A stretch of DNA of 57,412 nucleotides, counting the filler, from Sphacelaria rigidula (Eukaryota): the NCBI GenBank assembly GCA_964200075.2. It is 7 parts of 7 records of this genome, joined end to end, with 100 filler letters (N's around TTAATTAATTAA, not from the genome) between each part and the next. Parts side by side here need not be neighbours in the genome. Positions count along the whole stretch, not along the records: positions 1 to 8,117 come from CAXNAA020012240.1; positions 8,218 to 16,334 come from CAXNAA020012241.1; 5 more parts are not named here. One strand, given 5' to 3'. Below, in pieces: positions 1 to 12,452 of the stretch. A model generated the notes under the pieces. It had not been told where the DNA came from. It saw nothing but the letters and a program-made list of their open reading frames with translations, and ran no database searches. The translations under genes and the position numbers were made by a program. How positions within the stretch are numbered: position 1 is the stretch's first letter; each line of letters opens with the position of its first letter.

Positions 1-52
1 TCTTTTCTCTGTTCATTTAGGAGCGATCCTGGGTGGGCGGGGGGGGGGGGGT

Positions 53-84
<32 letters not shown>

Positions 85-444
85 CTTCCTTGGAGGTGAC
101 CAGGCCGTCCTCGCGGAATGCTGCTGCGGGATGATATGGTACTGGAGTAACCACGCACAGGGGGTAGTATCTTGTGTCATTTCAGCCACGGAATTCTCAG
201 GTTCTTGTAGGTGGATCTAGGTCGATTGTGTGTTCCGAGAGCGGTCTCTGGAATGTTGCTGACTACAACGCCTTCAGCGTGTGTCCCTGAATAACCGATG
301 GTAATGTTGCCTTCTATACAACCCTGATGGGCCATCAGTCGCGTCCTCTGTCCGACTATTGACTATTGTCGTCACGTCGGCTCATAACTTTTCAGGAATG
401 TTTCCCTCCCACACAAAAAATATTACCAAACGAACAAAACCCAC

Positions 445-562
445 CACGTGACGTCAGCCATGTCCGAAGGTTCCTCCGTTCCAATGGGCCGTAAATGACG
501 TCAAACGCCAATCAAGGAATTTTGCCCAATCACAGTTCATGAATCATAATTTTGGCCAATCA
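445..562. promoter_or_regulatory. Putative Pol II promoter-like cluster: 2x TGACGTCA and 4x CCAAT
   Basis: CACGTGACGTCA at ~445-456, TGACGTCA at ~496-503, CCAAT at ~481, 508, 527 and 556. Motif density only; no target gene identified. Confidence 0.35.
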
Positions 563-834
563 GAAATTGCGGGCCACTTTTTTCTAGTCCTACCGTAGGG
601 GTGGTGCATTAGATCCCAAAATACTAGCCATCACTACGAACATTTTCTCGGCCCAACGCCCCTCGATTCGGTAGATGCTTCTCCAGCGGCTTTCACCAAC
701 TCCGCACACCCACAGCGCTAAGTGAAACCATCCCTTTGCCTTGATTTGAGGTGGTGACTTCGTCAGCGAAGGTCGCTTTCTCTCGGCGTTGTGGGTCTAC
801 ATAGCTGGTGAAAGCCGCTGAAGAAACATCCACC

Positions 835-1165
835 CATTACGGGGCTTCTTTTTTTTTGTCGCACTTTGAACCTCTCCCCTTCCTCGAGACGAGTGCATGG
901 TCTCAAGGGATCAATTCATCTCTCCCTGGTACACGCCTTGCATTTTGGTCTCGCGGATTGGGTCATGACTATCAGCACTCCCGCACCGCGTCAACTCACG
1001 TCAAACAAACTCAGTCAACTATTTTGTTTACTCACGTTCTCACGTTCTCACGTTTTCCACGGTGGAAATCAGATAGTACGAAGAAAAAACCGAATGCATC
1101 GGGAATCGAACCCTCGTTCTCTCCACCCTCATGGCGATAGTCGGACCATTACACCACCGGGGCGC
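835..1165 (-). mobile_element. tRNA-headed SINE-like element, family A
   Basis: Minus strand 1165-1090 has an A box (TGGTGTAATGG), a B box (GGTTCGATTCC) and then T6. The body is visibly homologous to 5790-6055(+) and 33395-33580. Confidence 0.7.
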
Positions 1166-2228
1166 GGCGGCACTACTATAACTCTCAAACCATGCTAGCA
1201 ACCACCCGTGAAGCTTCAGCGCTTTTTCGTACAATATATTAGGTGAAACCCGGGTGCTGACGCTGGCTCAGCAAACAAGTGGTAGGCACCATGTTATCAC
1301 AACACCCAACGCAAACGCCACATTGATCGGCGTGACATAGTAACCTGTTTTTACCACCCTCGGTGGCGATTAGAGGCATGGCCACCCGCTACGCTTACAC
1401 GAACAGTTACACCATCATTATACTGTACTCAACACAAGGAAAAAAAACGCTGGATGAGCACCGTTCAAAAATCTATTTCTAGAAAAGGAAGAAAAAAAAA
1501 ACGCTGGATGAGCACCGTTTAAAAATCTATCTGTATCATAAACGTTCATCTCCGAACACATCTTACGGTGAGTGAGGAGATGGCCAAAAGCGATTACGCC
1601 CGCGCACGTCTGCAGCGTATGGTACGTGCTGCATTCCTGCCCCTCTATCCTGACTACTCTATTTTCTTAATCCAGACGCCTGCTCCTCTATCCCTTCTAA
1701 ATGCCTGCCACTGAAGCTCGAGCTCACGCAATACACCGTGTTGCAGCTCTAAAACACCACTGCAACGCGAAACGCTCTGCACCATGCCTGTCTCTACATT
1801 ATAATCCCACTGAACATGCCCTCGTAGCGGCTATCCAACACCTAGCTTGAATTCTCGACAAGGAGTTGCGTATTGACGACGCAAGTAACCCCGTCCGTAC
1901 CCCCCCCCCCCAATTTGGCGGACATAAGTGGCCGACCTACACCTCCTGCATCGATACACACTGCCACTGCATATCTAAAAACACACGAAACGACAGAGTC
2001 ATTTCATTGCCCTCCCGGTGACAGGACGCTCAGGTTATCGAAGGCAACACCACCACTTTACCAAGGGACGCGTACAAAGGATTTACAGGCGTCTGAGGAC
2101 GTCACAACGCAAAAACCCTAGCATGCAGTCGGGACGTTGCGAAAAACCCACAACCCTACTACTGCATAGCGTGAATGATGTGTGGGTGCGACAATAAAAA
2201 CAGTCCGTTGCCCTACGAAACGGACGTA

Positions 2229-2682
2229 CTAAAGTACCGGCGCGGGTGAGGCGGGAAGAGCGACCTTGACCACCGGTACTGTTCCGGATGTCTTCACTGG
2301 CGATCGAGCGTCCCCTTCCTGCTCCCCCGGCTTGAGCCGTGCGTCAATATTCACAATCCGAAGCGCTTCACCTTCGATCGGACGCACAGTCAAGACCACA
2401 TTTGCGCGTTTCTTCTCTTTCTGCAGCTGGTCGAAAATAGGGCCGTCGACGCGAAGAAAGTGGGCCTCAGAGCACTCCTGAGACCGCCCATTGCCCACCT
2501 TGCGGCCCACCACTCTGTCAAAACAGCGAGAGCGCTCGATGTCTAGGAAGACCGTGCGGTGAAACATGGTGGAGATGTCTTTCCACTGACCCTCGTTATG
2601 CAGAAGGTGCAAACCTTCCACCACAACAACTCGGCAGTCGGGCGAGATGGCTATGGAGTCAGGAACCGGGTCATGGAGCTTC
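2229..2682 (-). CDS. P-loop kinase (YggC/YFH7-like), 3' exon
   Basis: AG acceptor at 2684-2683. Splicing restores AYDR-KLHDPVPD, then VVVEGLHLL, RVVGRKV, RVDGP, which match the YggC family pattern (YDR..HDP, IVEG, RTDGP). Confidence 0.88.
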
Positions 2683-3379
2683 CTATTATTGAGGGTGAAC
2701 AGCGCAAACAAATCGACACAACGCTTGAGCTCACGTGATCGGTGTAGAGAGTCATTGAAGTTGGATATCATCAAACTTGAGAAGCAGCCATCCAACAAAA
2801 CAGGAGGCGGTATATCAGTGGGTCATTCTCCAGTCTTTCATGATTTTGTTTCATGCATGTTGTTGCGCTCTTAGTCCTACTCCCCAATGAACATGCTTTC
2901 GGGCACGCGGATTAGACCATGAGAATCAAAGTCGATACAAAGACGGAGCACAGCCACAACATCAGGTGTCAGTTTCGAGCGCGTATATGCCGCGAAGATT
3001 TATCAAGATTCGCCCAGGATTCATCATGGCCTCTTGGAGAATATGCACGACTCCGCACCAATTTCGTTGAATATGGGCAACAGTCACCTCGACAACAACA
3101 TCTCACGGATGAAAGTGCGCACTGGTGTCGCCTAGCGATCAACACAGTGCCTGTATATACAGGCAACACACGGCGAGAGCCACGCCGAGACCTGGTCACG
3201 TGGGAACAGCGAGTTGGATCAATCAACCTTCACCTCGTAGAAAGGTGCGCCAACATGGGCTGACCTGTCATGGTGACCTGCTAAGCACGAGGACATTTTT
3301 GTTTATCGAACACCACATGCACAGACGGGGAGCAGAATGGACTGGCGGCAGGTATAAAACGCACGCGGTGGGCACGTAC

Positions 3380-3796
3380 CTGTCGTACGCAGGGAGCAGA
3401 ATGGTCTGTGAGCTTGTTGACGAAGAGCGCAAGCGCAGCAAGTCTCGCAGAAACGCATCGGCATCCAGCGTACTCGGTGCGCCCTTGATATCCTTGAGGG
3501 TGCATGCGCGACCGAGATGATCCGTCGCTGGCTGCGCGACGAGGTGGGAGTTGAAATAGCTGTAGCCATCCATGCTTACGCATTGGGCCCACGAGTCGTT
3601 TCCGTGGAGAATAGCGCTCGCAGCACAAACAAGCTGGGCTAGTACCGACTTTCCAGCTGCAGCTGCGCCAACGATTCCCACCAGCACCCGACCTCCCCTC
3701 CCTGGGATCAACCAATGGCGATGCGGCAGGACGAGAATCGGAGTTACTAGCGTCAGCACAAGCTATACTTCGCTGTTAGGGACGGGAAATGATACT
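3380..3796 (-). CDS. P-loop kinase (YggC/YFH7-like, uridine/pantothenate kinase superfamily), exon with Walker A; 5' boundary uncertain
   Basis: VLVGIVGAAAAGKS (Walker A), SMDGY, KGAPSTLD, LPAYDR followed by a GT donor at 3379. In-frame TAG at 3763-3765 upstream of the long ORF. Confidence 0.85.
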
Positions 3797-5699
3797 CTGC
3801 ATTAAGCAAGTATTCACTATTATGCCACAATGGTAGAATCAAACAGCACAATGTTGTGCTGTATCGTACTATGCTGTGTGCAGTACGCGGCGTAACGATG
3901 CTATCAAACCGTACTGTTTTTTCCAAGACATCGTCGTGTGCCGTGCGGTTCAGTACTAGATGTTGCTCCAATCATGATATTGTAATCATGACGTCAAAAT
4001 CCGAAATACGCAACGTTTACCTACATGCACCACAAAAGGGTTATCGGGTGCTGATTATTGTAGGCGTCTACGACATCAGGCAGAAGTGATGCAAGAAGCG
4101 AAAAAATCAGCAACCATTTTGCCACGGTTAAGCGAGGCGCGTGCATCTTCTTGTGCCCTCCCTGCACCCTTTAGCTTCGAGTATAATACGATTCAATAGG
4201 GCTCAATAGTGTTGGCGGTAGTGAGTACCTCCGCCACATCTTGCACACGACAGGGGTTGACCAGGGCGACAAGCCTGCCGTTGCAGGTTCTTGCGCCTAG
4301 ATCGTGTGCGTATCAACTGGTTTTGAACATGAAATTTGAGAAGGGCATAAGGGAACGTTTCCCCTTAACCTCACATACACACTCACCAAGACACCACCCA
4401 CCCACATCCACATCCACATCTGCACGCACCGCTCCTCCAGCATTGCCCTCCCCCCCCGCCAAGCAAACAAATACGTCACATCGTTCAGCGGTTCAGCAAC
4501 AGGTGATTGTGTTGACCACGTACATGTACGGCTATTGGCGCGATGATTTTACTATACAGAACTCGTTGTCGTGAGACGGCAAAGTGCTGCTGGTCGTGGC
4601 TAATGCACGAATAACTGCAGGCTGGCTCTCGCGCCCATCACCCAAAATTGGGCCACCAGCGAATGCTTTTCGCACCACCTACTCAATAGTCGCAGACATG
4701 ACATCATACTGACCTGACCGTCATGGAAAGCTGAAGAGCGCGATATATAGTGGGATTTGTGCCCAAGGCCATGCCGGTAGCGCCACGGGCATAAAGATAC
4801 CTCGACCAATCCGCGCATTTGAAATAATTCTGAGATCAAAATCACGGTTTCCAAGGCCAATTCTCCACATGCTTCAAATCGTATAAACCGCCATCGGCTC
4901 GGGAATCCAACCGCAGAAAACAGATTTGGAAGTGGTCACTACGGGGGTCGAATTATACCCGAAATCGTGCTGCTCCGATGATGTGGGGGTTTCGGCGTTG
5001 TCTAATTTCCACTGGTGATACGCACGAAAGACCCAGGAAGCCTCGTGATGGTTTTCCCTCATATCTGTTGTAGAAGAGCTCAGATCGCCCTCAAACTTGG
5101 CAGTTCCGGAGGTATCGATGCTCCAAGTGGAAATTCTGTGTTTTTTACAATAGTTCAAAGTTTCTTCGTTAACTACCCGCTTCCGGGGGTCCAAGTATGA
5201 AGACCCCCGGAAAGGCGGTACAGAATGCCCAAGAAGAATGAGAATGTAATGATGCGTGACGGGATAGTCCAAGGAACACATTTACAAAATTGGGTCGAGA
5301 AACTCGAAAACCTCATTGTTTTTCTTGTTTTTTTTTTGTCTTGACGTCAAATCCACGCCAAAAAAGACGTTTTTAAACTAGAACCAGGTAGTTAAGAGTT
5401 TGCACGTTTCAAGCTCACGTCCTCGCACAAACGCGAAGAACTTCACGCCGTTTCCAGGAGTTAGACGCTGAAACTTTGCACATATGTGCTATGGCTCAGT
5501 ACACAACTTATCGACTTTTTACCGTTTTTCGGGATAAGGGAGTCGACGGGATCCGACGGGATCCGAAGTCGTTTCACGAGGTAGTCTCTATTCTGCGGAT
5601 CCCGAAAAACCGGCCCTGCGATTTTTTTTCAATTCTTTCGCGAACGACGCTGCATAACCCATGGTTCGCGATGAGTGTTTTTTGTGTGATACGCATGAA

Positions 5700-6055
5700 C
5701 CAGCCTGTATGATGCGCGGTATAATTCGTTTCGAGAAAGCAACATAGGAGAAAACGCGGGTTCGATTCCCGCCACACGCGCCGAGCTTTTTTTTCGTTCT
5801 CCTCTCTAGAGTTTTATCATTTCCGTCCTTGAAAGGGTGAGGACATTGAGGATGTGAGTACCAACGAGAGTATTTTTGGCAGACTTTGTTCGACGACAGC
5901 CAACGCTGTGCGGGAGTGCTGCTCCAATCCACGACACCACGATGGAAGGAGAGTGCTCACGGAGAGATGGGTCGATCCCCCGAGAGCAAAAGCACGGACT
6001 CGTCCCGAGGACGGCGAGGGGTTGAAATGAGAGTGTGCCAACGATAAAAAGAGGT
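5700..6055 (+). mobile_element. tRNA-headed SINE-like element, family A
   Basis: B box GGGTTCGATTCCCG at ~5758-5771, then a T-run, then a body homologous to the reverse complement of 835-1085. Confidence 0.65.
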
Positions 6056-6554
6056 GGAGTGCGCACCAACATCACACATGAACGATGCTACAAAAACCGA
6101 GTACATGTCATTTTTTTTTTCAACATGTGCCTCCCCGCTGCGGTGGTCTGGCTGGTATCTCTTGATGGGCAAGCGGCGGAATGCTTATACGTGATGCATG
6201 CATTGCGGCGTGCAGGTGGCAGAGAATATAAGTGTAAAGTGCAGTGTGCAAGCGGGATGCCGCATCACCAACACACAATACCAGCAAAAGGGCGGGATAA
6301 GACACTGCTCGCTCACACCTGTCGCACCTGACGGGTTTTTTTGCTCTAACCGGATTGCTGCATAATTTCTCACAAATAATTTTCATGACGAACACATATA
6401 ACTGTAACACCGGGAGTGTAGCGCCTCAGGCAACGCCGGAGCAATGAGCTGAGAGAGCGCAGCAGCACGCGCAGAAGCAAAGTGAGCAGCTAGCGCACCC
6501 CACGCCGAATCAGCCACTATTCGAGTGCCGAAATTGCTTCAAGATCAACCGGCC

Positions 6555-6834
6555 GTACAAGGTTTTCTCTTCCCCGAGATGGGGATTACGGGAGATATTC
6601 AGCAGGCAAGGGGGGATCGGGGAAATGTCACCTAGAGCTATGGCGGCAAGGCTACAGAAATATGAGCACCTAGCGCGGATTAAAGAAAGTAAGCTCACAA
6701 TGCACTCATTGCGGGTAGGAGAGCCGGTAGTGCGCATGACAGCAGGGCAGGAGGTTGTGACGATAATGGCGAGTATCGGGTGGGAATCAAGCAAAATAGC
6801 GAGTAGATATATAGGACGAACAGAGCCACAATAG
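6555..6834 (+). mobile_element. Tyrosine recombinase C-terminal relic (DIRS/Ngaro-like or Crypton)
   Basis: LTMHSLRVG (H-x-x-R) and IGWESSKIASRY (conserved W and catalytic Y). A GFLFP motif lies upstream in another frame (frameshift). Confidence 0.75.
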
Positions 6835-7749
6835 GCGAAAAGGGCAAGATAATTGAATAATGCGAAGGAGGAATACGCACACAACAAGCAGCAAGGCTCA
6901 ATCCAGCGGATTTTTTTTCTCTCGTGGCACATGAATGCGTATGGAAGCTGTAGCGGTAGATCCACAATAATAAAAAAAAAAACGGAACAAATAAATCAAC
7001 AAAGTATAAATGAACAAGTAAAGAGAGGGTGGCGACGACAAGTACTTTGAGATTGCGTAAGTCAATGTGCACCAGAAGAAGAGTGAGTTTGAATGAGGGC
7101 ACTAGCCGTTGCGGCTGGAGACCTGATCCCATGCCGAAAACTGACAGGACGAAGAGTGCAAAAAGAGATATACCGCAGGATCTCTTGGAATGGGTAGGGC
7201 GGGAGGTAGAGCCTTCAAAAACCGGCAGATGTGCTTCATGTTGAAGTATCTGTACCTGACTGCCGTCGTTGACAACATGAGGACTTGAGTGTCAAACAGA
7301 AAATCGACGGAATTCGACACGATGCGGAAGTGCCAATCCAACACGTATTACAATACCAAAATGTCATGGATGTATCAGAGGGGGGGGAGGGGCGGTGAGT
7401 TGCAAGAGTGTGTTGACCATGGCATTTCCTACACTTGGGTATGTTGGAAGATCGTAGTTAATAATACGAAGGTGTTGGATGGAGACATGCGATCGTGCCT
7501 CACTTCTCCCAATATTTGGGTAGAGTTTGGAGACCGGATAATCGCAACACTAAATTCGGAGTAGTAAATACCCGGGTTTTTACCCTACCCGACACGCCCT
7601 TGGTGGGTTGCTCCCTTGGAAGTGCAGTGCCGTTCGTGCTTCTCAGACGTGATGTTTCGCCGCAGCTTGGTTCGTTCAGACCACAATCCCAAAATACAGT
7701 GTGGAAGCCGTCGATACCTTTTTCCCCTCACGAAGGATACAAACCTCCA

Positions 7750-8117
7750 AGGGCAGGTCGGGTAGAGTATGTACTTTCAAGTACTCGAGTAAAATACTCG
7801 AGTATTTACTCTACTCAAAATTGAGAAGGTCGAATACGGCCTCAAATACTTTACCAAGATTCTGAGGATGTACTCTCAGTAATACTCGAGTGTAGAGTAT
7901 CACTTGGGTATGACCTCAACACTTTTCTAAAATTTTGAGAAGGTCGAGTACGGCCTCAAATACTCTACTCAAAGTTTGAGTAGTCGAGTACGGCCTCAAA
8001 TACTTTACTCAAATTTCGAGTAGATCGAGTACAACCTTCAATACTCTACTAAGATTCTGGGTAGGTTGAGTATGGCGTCAAATACTCTACTTAAATATTG
8101 AGTAAGCACTCTCGGTA
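7750..8117. repeat. Tandem ~40-41 bp repeat (GTCGAGTACGGCCTCAAATACTYTACTCAAA...), truncated by the contig end
   Basis: TCGAGTA/TTGAGTA recurs at 7944, 7984, 8025 and 8066, with further degenerate units upstream. Confidence 0.85.
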
Positions 8118-8217
8118 NNNNNNNNNNNNNNNNNNNNNNNNNNNNNNNNNNNNNNNNNNNNTTAATTAATTAANNNNNNNNNNNNNNNNNNNNNNNNNNN
8201 NNNNNNNNNNNNNNNNN
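8118..8217. other. Artificial contig linker (N44-TTAATTAATTAA-N44); identical linkers at 16335-16434, 24551-24650, 32767-32866, 40983-41082, 49198-49297
   Basis: Six identical 100-bp N blocks with a central TTAATTAATTAA (stops in all six frames), spaced 8215-8217 bp apart. Confidence 0.97.
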
Positions 8218-8339
8218 ACTTTTGAGCAGATGGACACCTTCCCCTTGATTAGACGATGAATACAATATGCGGATCACGGCCCAACTCGTCTGTGTCGATG
8301 AGATATTGCTTTTAGAGCTTAAATCCGTTTTGAGGCTGG

Positions 8340-9482
8340 CCCAGCTCGTAGCTCCATAGTTTGCTATGAGAGCTACGTGAGCTACGCATGGTTTCCCTGG
8401 GTAAGCTACGAGAGTTGTATAAGATACACATGTTTGCCCTTCGTGAGATTATAACCCGTAGCTCATTAGCTCATATTCTTCCTGGATGAGCTATGAGAGA
8501 TGCCTAAACGACACATGTTTGCCATAGGTGAGCCATGAGAGATACATGAGCTACACATGTGTGCCCTGGGTGAGCTACCAACCCGTAGCTCATCCGCACA
8601 TGTTTGCCCTGGATGAGCTATGAGAGCTACGTGAGCTATGAGAGCTACATGAGCTACGCATGATTGCCCTGGTTGAGCTAAAGAGTTACGAGACCTACGT
8701 CGATCTTGGAGTTGTTCCTGTTCCGATGCTCATGCACGTTGGTATTGTACGTACGTGACGACGGTTTAATGTGCGCACACGTGTGTTCCGTTTCGTGCAG
8801 CGATTGGTTTGCTTTTTGTAAGCATCAACGTGGCTGCATCAGAAGTCATCCGCATCATAACCACCACACACACACACACACACACACATAATTGCCGCTT
8901 CAGTCGAAAATGAACGAGGATTTGTGTTGACTGCTTTTTTTCCCATCGCGAATAGTAAGGCAAAACACCACAACCTAGTGGTATGTGACGCCATTCGTTC
9001 GAACAAGAATGTTACATCATGAGCGATACCGGATTGGTCAGCGGCGAGCTAGGCACATGACGTGAGTGAGCCACGAGTATGTGTCCCTGGGGCGAGCTAC
9101 CAATCTTGGCTCATCCGCTCATGTTTTTCCCTGGTGAGCTGTGAGAGCTGCGTGAGCGACACATAGCTGCCTTGGGTGAGCTATTGAGTGAGCTATGAAA
9201 TATGCATGAGCTACACATGTTTGCCCGGGATAAGCTATGAGAGCTGCAAGAGCTGCACAGGTTTGTTCTACGTGAGCTACCAACCCGTAGCTTATCAGCT
9301 CATATTCGTCCTGGGTGAGCGATGAGAGCTGCATGAGCTACACATGTTTGTCCTGGGCGAGCTGCCAATTTGTGGCTCATCAGCTCTTATTCGTCCTGGG
9401 TGAGCTATCGGACGTAGCTCACACATGTACATGTTCGACTACAAGTGAACTACGGCCCGCAGATGAGCTAGCTCATGAGCTG
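8340..9482. repeat. AGCT-rich ~42 bp tandem repeat (TGAGCTACACATGTTTGCCCTGGGTGAGCTATGAGAGCTACG), interrupted at ~8700-9040
   Basis: Units visible at 8340-8700 and 9040-9480. The intervening segment is unrelated and contains (CA)n at ~8866-8889. Confidence 0.85.
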
Positions 9483-12452
9483 TCCGACGTGTGAAATATT
9501 TTTCTACCTACATCGTGGTTTTGTAATGCTATCCCGTTCACATGGTGCGAGCGAGTTGCACACTACACGTGTCGTTGTGCGATTTATTTTAAAGTGATAG
9601 TTGTAACGGTTCATGTGCACGTGGACGCGTGCGTGTTATTTATGATGTGTTCAGGAGCCACCCCCCCAAGCCCAGACACAGTATTTCCGCAAAAGCAGCT
9701 GAAACATGTCTCGCGACGGGAGCTACGTGGAAATAGTAGCCAGCAAACAAGAATGGGATGGTCGTTATTGCCGACACATCGATAAATGTCTCGTGGACAT
9801 TCCAACACCAGTATCCGGGACTACTATAATAGTCGTCGGAAGGTACCACCTTCACCATGTAGCCGTGGTACTTGAACGGAGTCATCGGTAGACACCAAGT
9901 AGGACTGGACATGTGTTCACGAACGTTCGAAAGCATGACGTGCTTTATCGGCACGCGAAGTATGAACACGGCACATGCGATTGAAGTGATGCATGGACCC
10001 CGCCTTTGTGATGGGGGCACATCACGCACTCACAGACAAACCTTGTGTACTGTATGTTTCATTGCCAGGCACATGGCAATATGGAAGTGCGTACTACGCG
10101 TAATGGACAGTTCATCATATGGCCGGCATTTCATTCGTACCTCCCCCACGCGTCCATCTCCCTGAAGCGGTTCAACGAGGGTCCTGTGAGATGTTCATTC
10201 TTTGCCGTACGCTTCTCAGTCACTCTAGACCTAAGCCCGGCTGACCTAAGCCCGGCTGAGAGATGGTCACGCGAGAGCTTGACATACGCGTCAGATGGAT
10301 TCATTGTTACAATGCATCTCGATGTCTCATTGAGCACACTCAAAATTCACTGGATTAAACGTGCCCAGACGAGACATTGCGTTGTGTTGTTGGCGATAGA
10401 GCAGCATAGTACACAGGTTAGCACACTCAGAGAGGCATTGGCAAGCGTCTCTGCAAACGATCGTGTTTGACCCAAGTGTCCTTACGAGTGCACGCCGTCT
10501 AGTGTTCCGGGAGTATGCGTAACCCCGTTTCCCCTTCAATCAAGACCCTGGAACACCCTGTACCGGTCGTGCTGCTCGTGTGAATTTTTCGGCTTTCAAG
10601 ACACAGCTGCCCCGGACCGCATATAACCAAAATGGAGGGTCAACGGTTGTATTTTGCCTGATCGCGGGTCTGGATTTGCGAGTTTTTCACAGGAGAACCC
10701 GACCATTGACAAGCGTGCGCAGGCGCACTGCTGATGGGTTCCATGTCCGCCTTTGCACATGGCGTGCCTGGTGCACACTTGAAGGGGGCTTGAGGGGTGA
10801 TGGAACATTCGTTTGGCGAAGATGATGGAGAAGACCAGCAACATGTCACAGAAATATGGAATGGAATCAGATGTCACAGTAGCAGCAAATAAACGGTGGC
10901 CCTTTTTATCCGTTCAAGCACTTTTGTGTCACCTTGCACCAAACATCTACAGTTGACCTCGAACCACGACGACCACAGTACCCCGCGCGTTGGGTAGAAC
11001 TGAACATAGAACTTCTCCTCACTTGAAAGCACATGTGCCACACATGTGTACAATACCTGATTCCTTCAAAACGTTTGTGCCCAACTAGCGTAGCTCTCCC
11101 GTTTATGTAGCACTCATCTGCGCGGCACAGGTAGGTACGCATGTGTTCAAGGCAGGTAGAATAGTACATGCTCACTGTGGGATGTATGTCCGACATAGGC
11201 GGGATGATTCCTCACCACGCTTGAAGGTACGTCTAACAATGGTAATATTCTGGTGGTGTAGAAGACGGTTGCCCAACGTTTGGTCAGATATGGGTGCGCT
11301 TCGAAACCTTCACCCTTTCCAGGCGTCTGCTGGTTTACATCGAGGGCTGTAAAGGGAAGGATCTTTACGGTGACTATTATGGTCATGTCGGCGTCATCTA
11401 GAATGTGTACACCGATCGTGTACAGTCGTGGTATACTCATCCAACAGATGTGCAATGCACTTTACTGGAAGCCTCGATGTGTCTCCCAACAGGTTTTCGC
11501 TCCGCTCAAATTCCGGCGCTTTCCTGACATGGCACTCTGACCCTGGCGACGACAAGCATGTACTACCATGCACACCATGTACACGAGATACGAGCCGTGA
11601 AGTCCGAGAGAGAAGTGACTGAGACAAACATCAGGTTACCCAACATATGAACTCACTTATGGTTGAAGTGGAAGCCGTAGCAATACATTACTTTTGTTTC
11701 CGACGGTACCCGATAAAACAAAAGGGATGAAGACATTCATGCATAGGAGCATATGTGCACGTGAATTGAGATTCGGCAGATATGTGTGCCTATCTGCGCG
11801 TGTGCACATACCGGGTTCGGTATCAATATTGATATCGTTTGCTTTCGACGGTCGCGTGTACCGCTGGTGAGAACAAAAGTCACCCCCCTTCTATTTATAT
11901 TCCTAGCAGTGAAATAGAACAGGAACAAACCAGGCCAGTAGTTCGGAACCTAGTCAGGCATCTTTGAGTTCAGCACAATTTCCCCCTCCTTGTAGGTATA
12001 AATGATCTTCAACAATGTCAGGTATTCTGCCAGTGTAGAGCAGCTTCATAAAATATTTGGTTGGTGTTCTACAGGTCCTGAACGCTACGATACTGCATAC
12101 ATCATGCCCAGTGAATCACGACTTGTTATTATGCGTTTAGGGATTTTTGCTTATATTCGTCTCTTGTACTCTATCGATGCTGTATATATGCTTCAGATCC
12201 ATATTGCCGTATTGGTGAGGAAGTCCCATTCGCTTGGATTACTTTGGGCACTAGGGTTGTAGTCACGAAGATCAGTTCATGTAAGGAGTCATTTCAGTTA
12301 GTACGGGTAGCTCCTGTCCTCCCCGTTCATGTGCGACGATAGTGTTGTTTTCAGCGCTGTTTCTAGTGAACTGACATCAGAACCCTTCGGTGTTATGCCA
12401 ATTGTGCTACCGCGAGCAGTTACTCCTCAACAAAAACCACGCGACAGAGCTG

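Noticed and set aside
4560-5290. ORFs 4600-4860 and 4874-5281 as a gene or transposase
   Set aside because: No motif recognised; possibly decayed TE coding sequence but unsupported.
9590-11640. Many short overlapping ORFs upstream of EsV-1-7 gene 1
   Set aside because: No recognisable domain or consistent exon chain; may be decayed coding DNA and needs a translated search.
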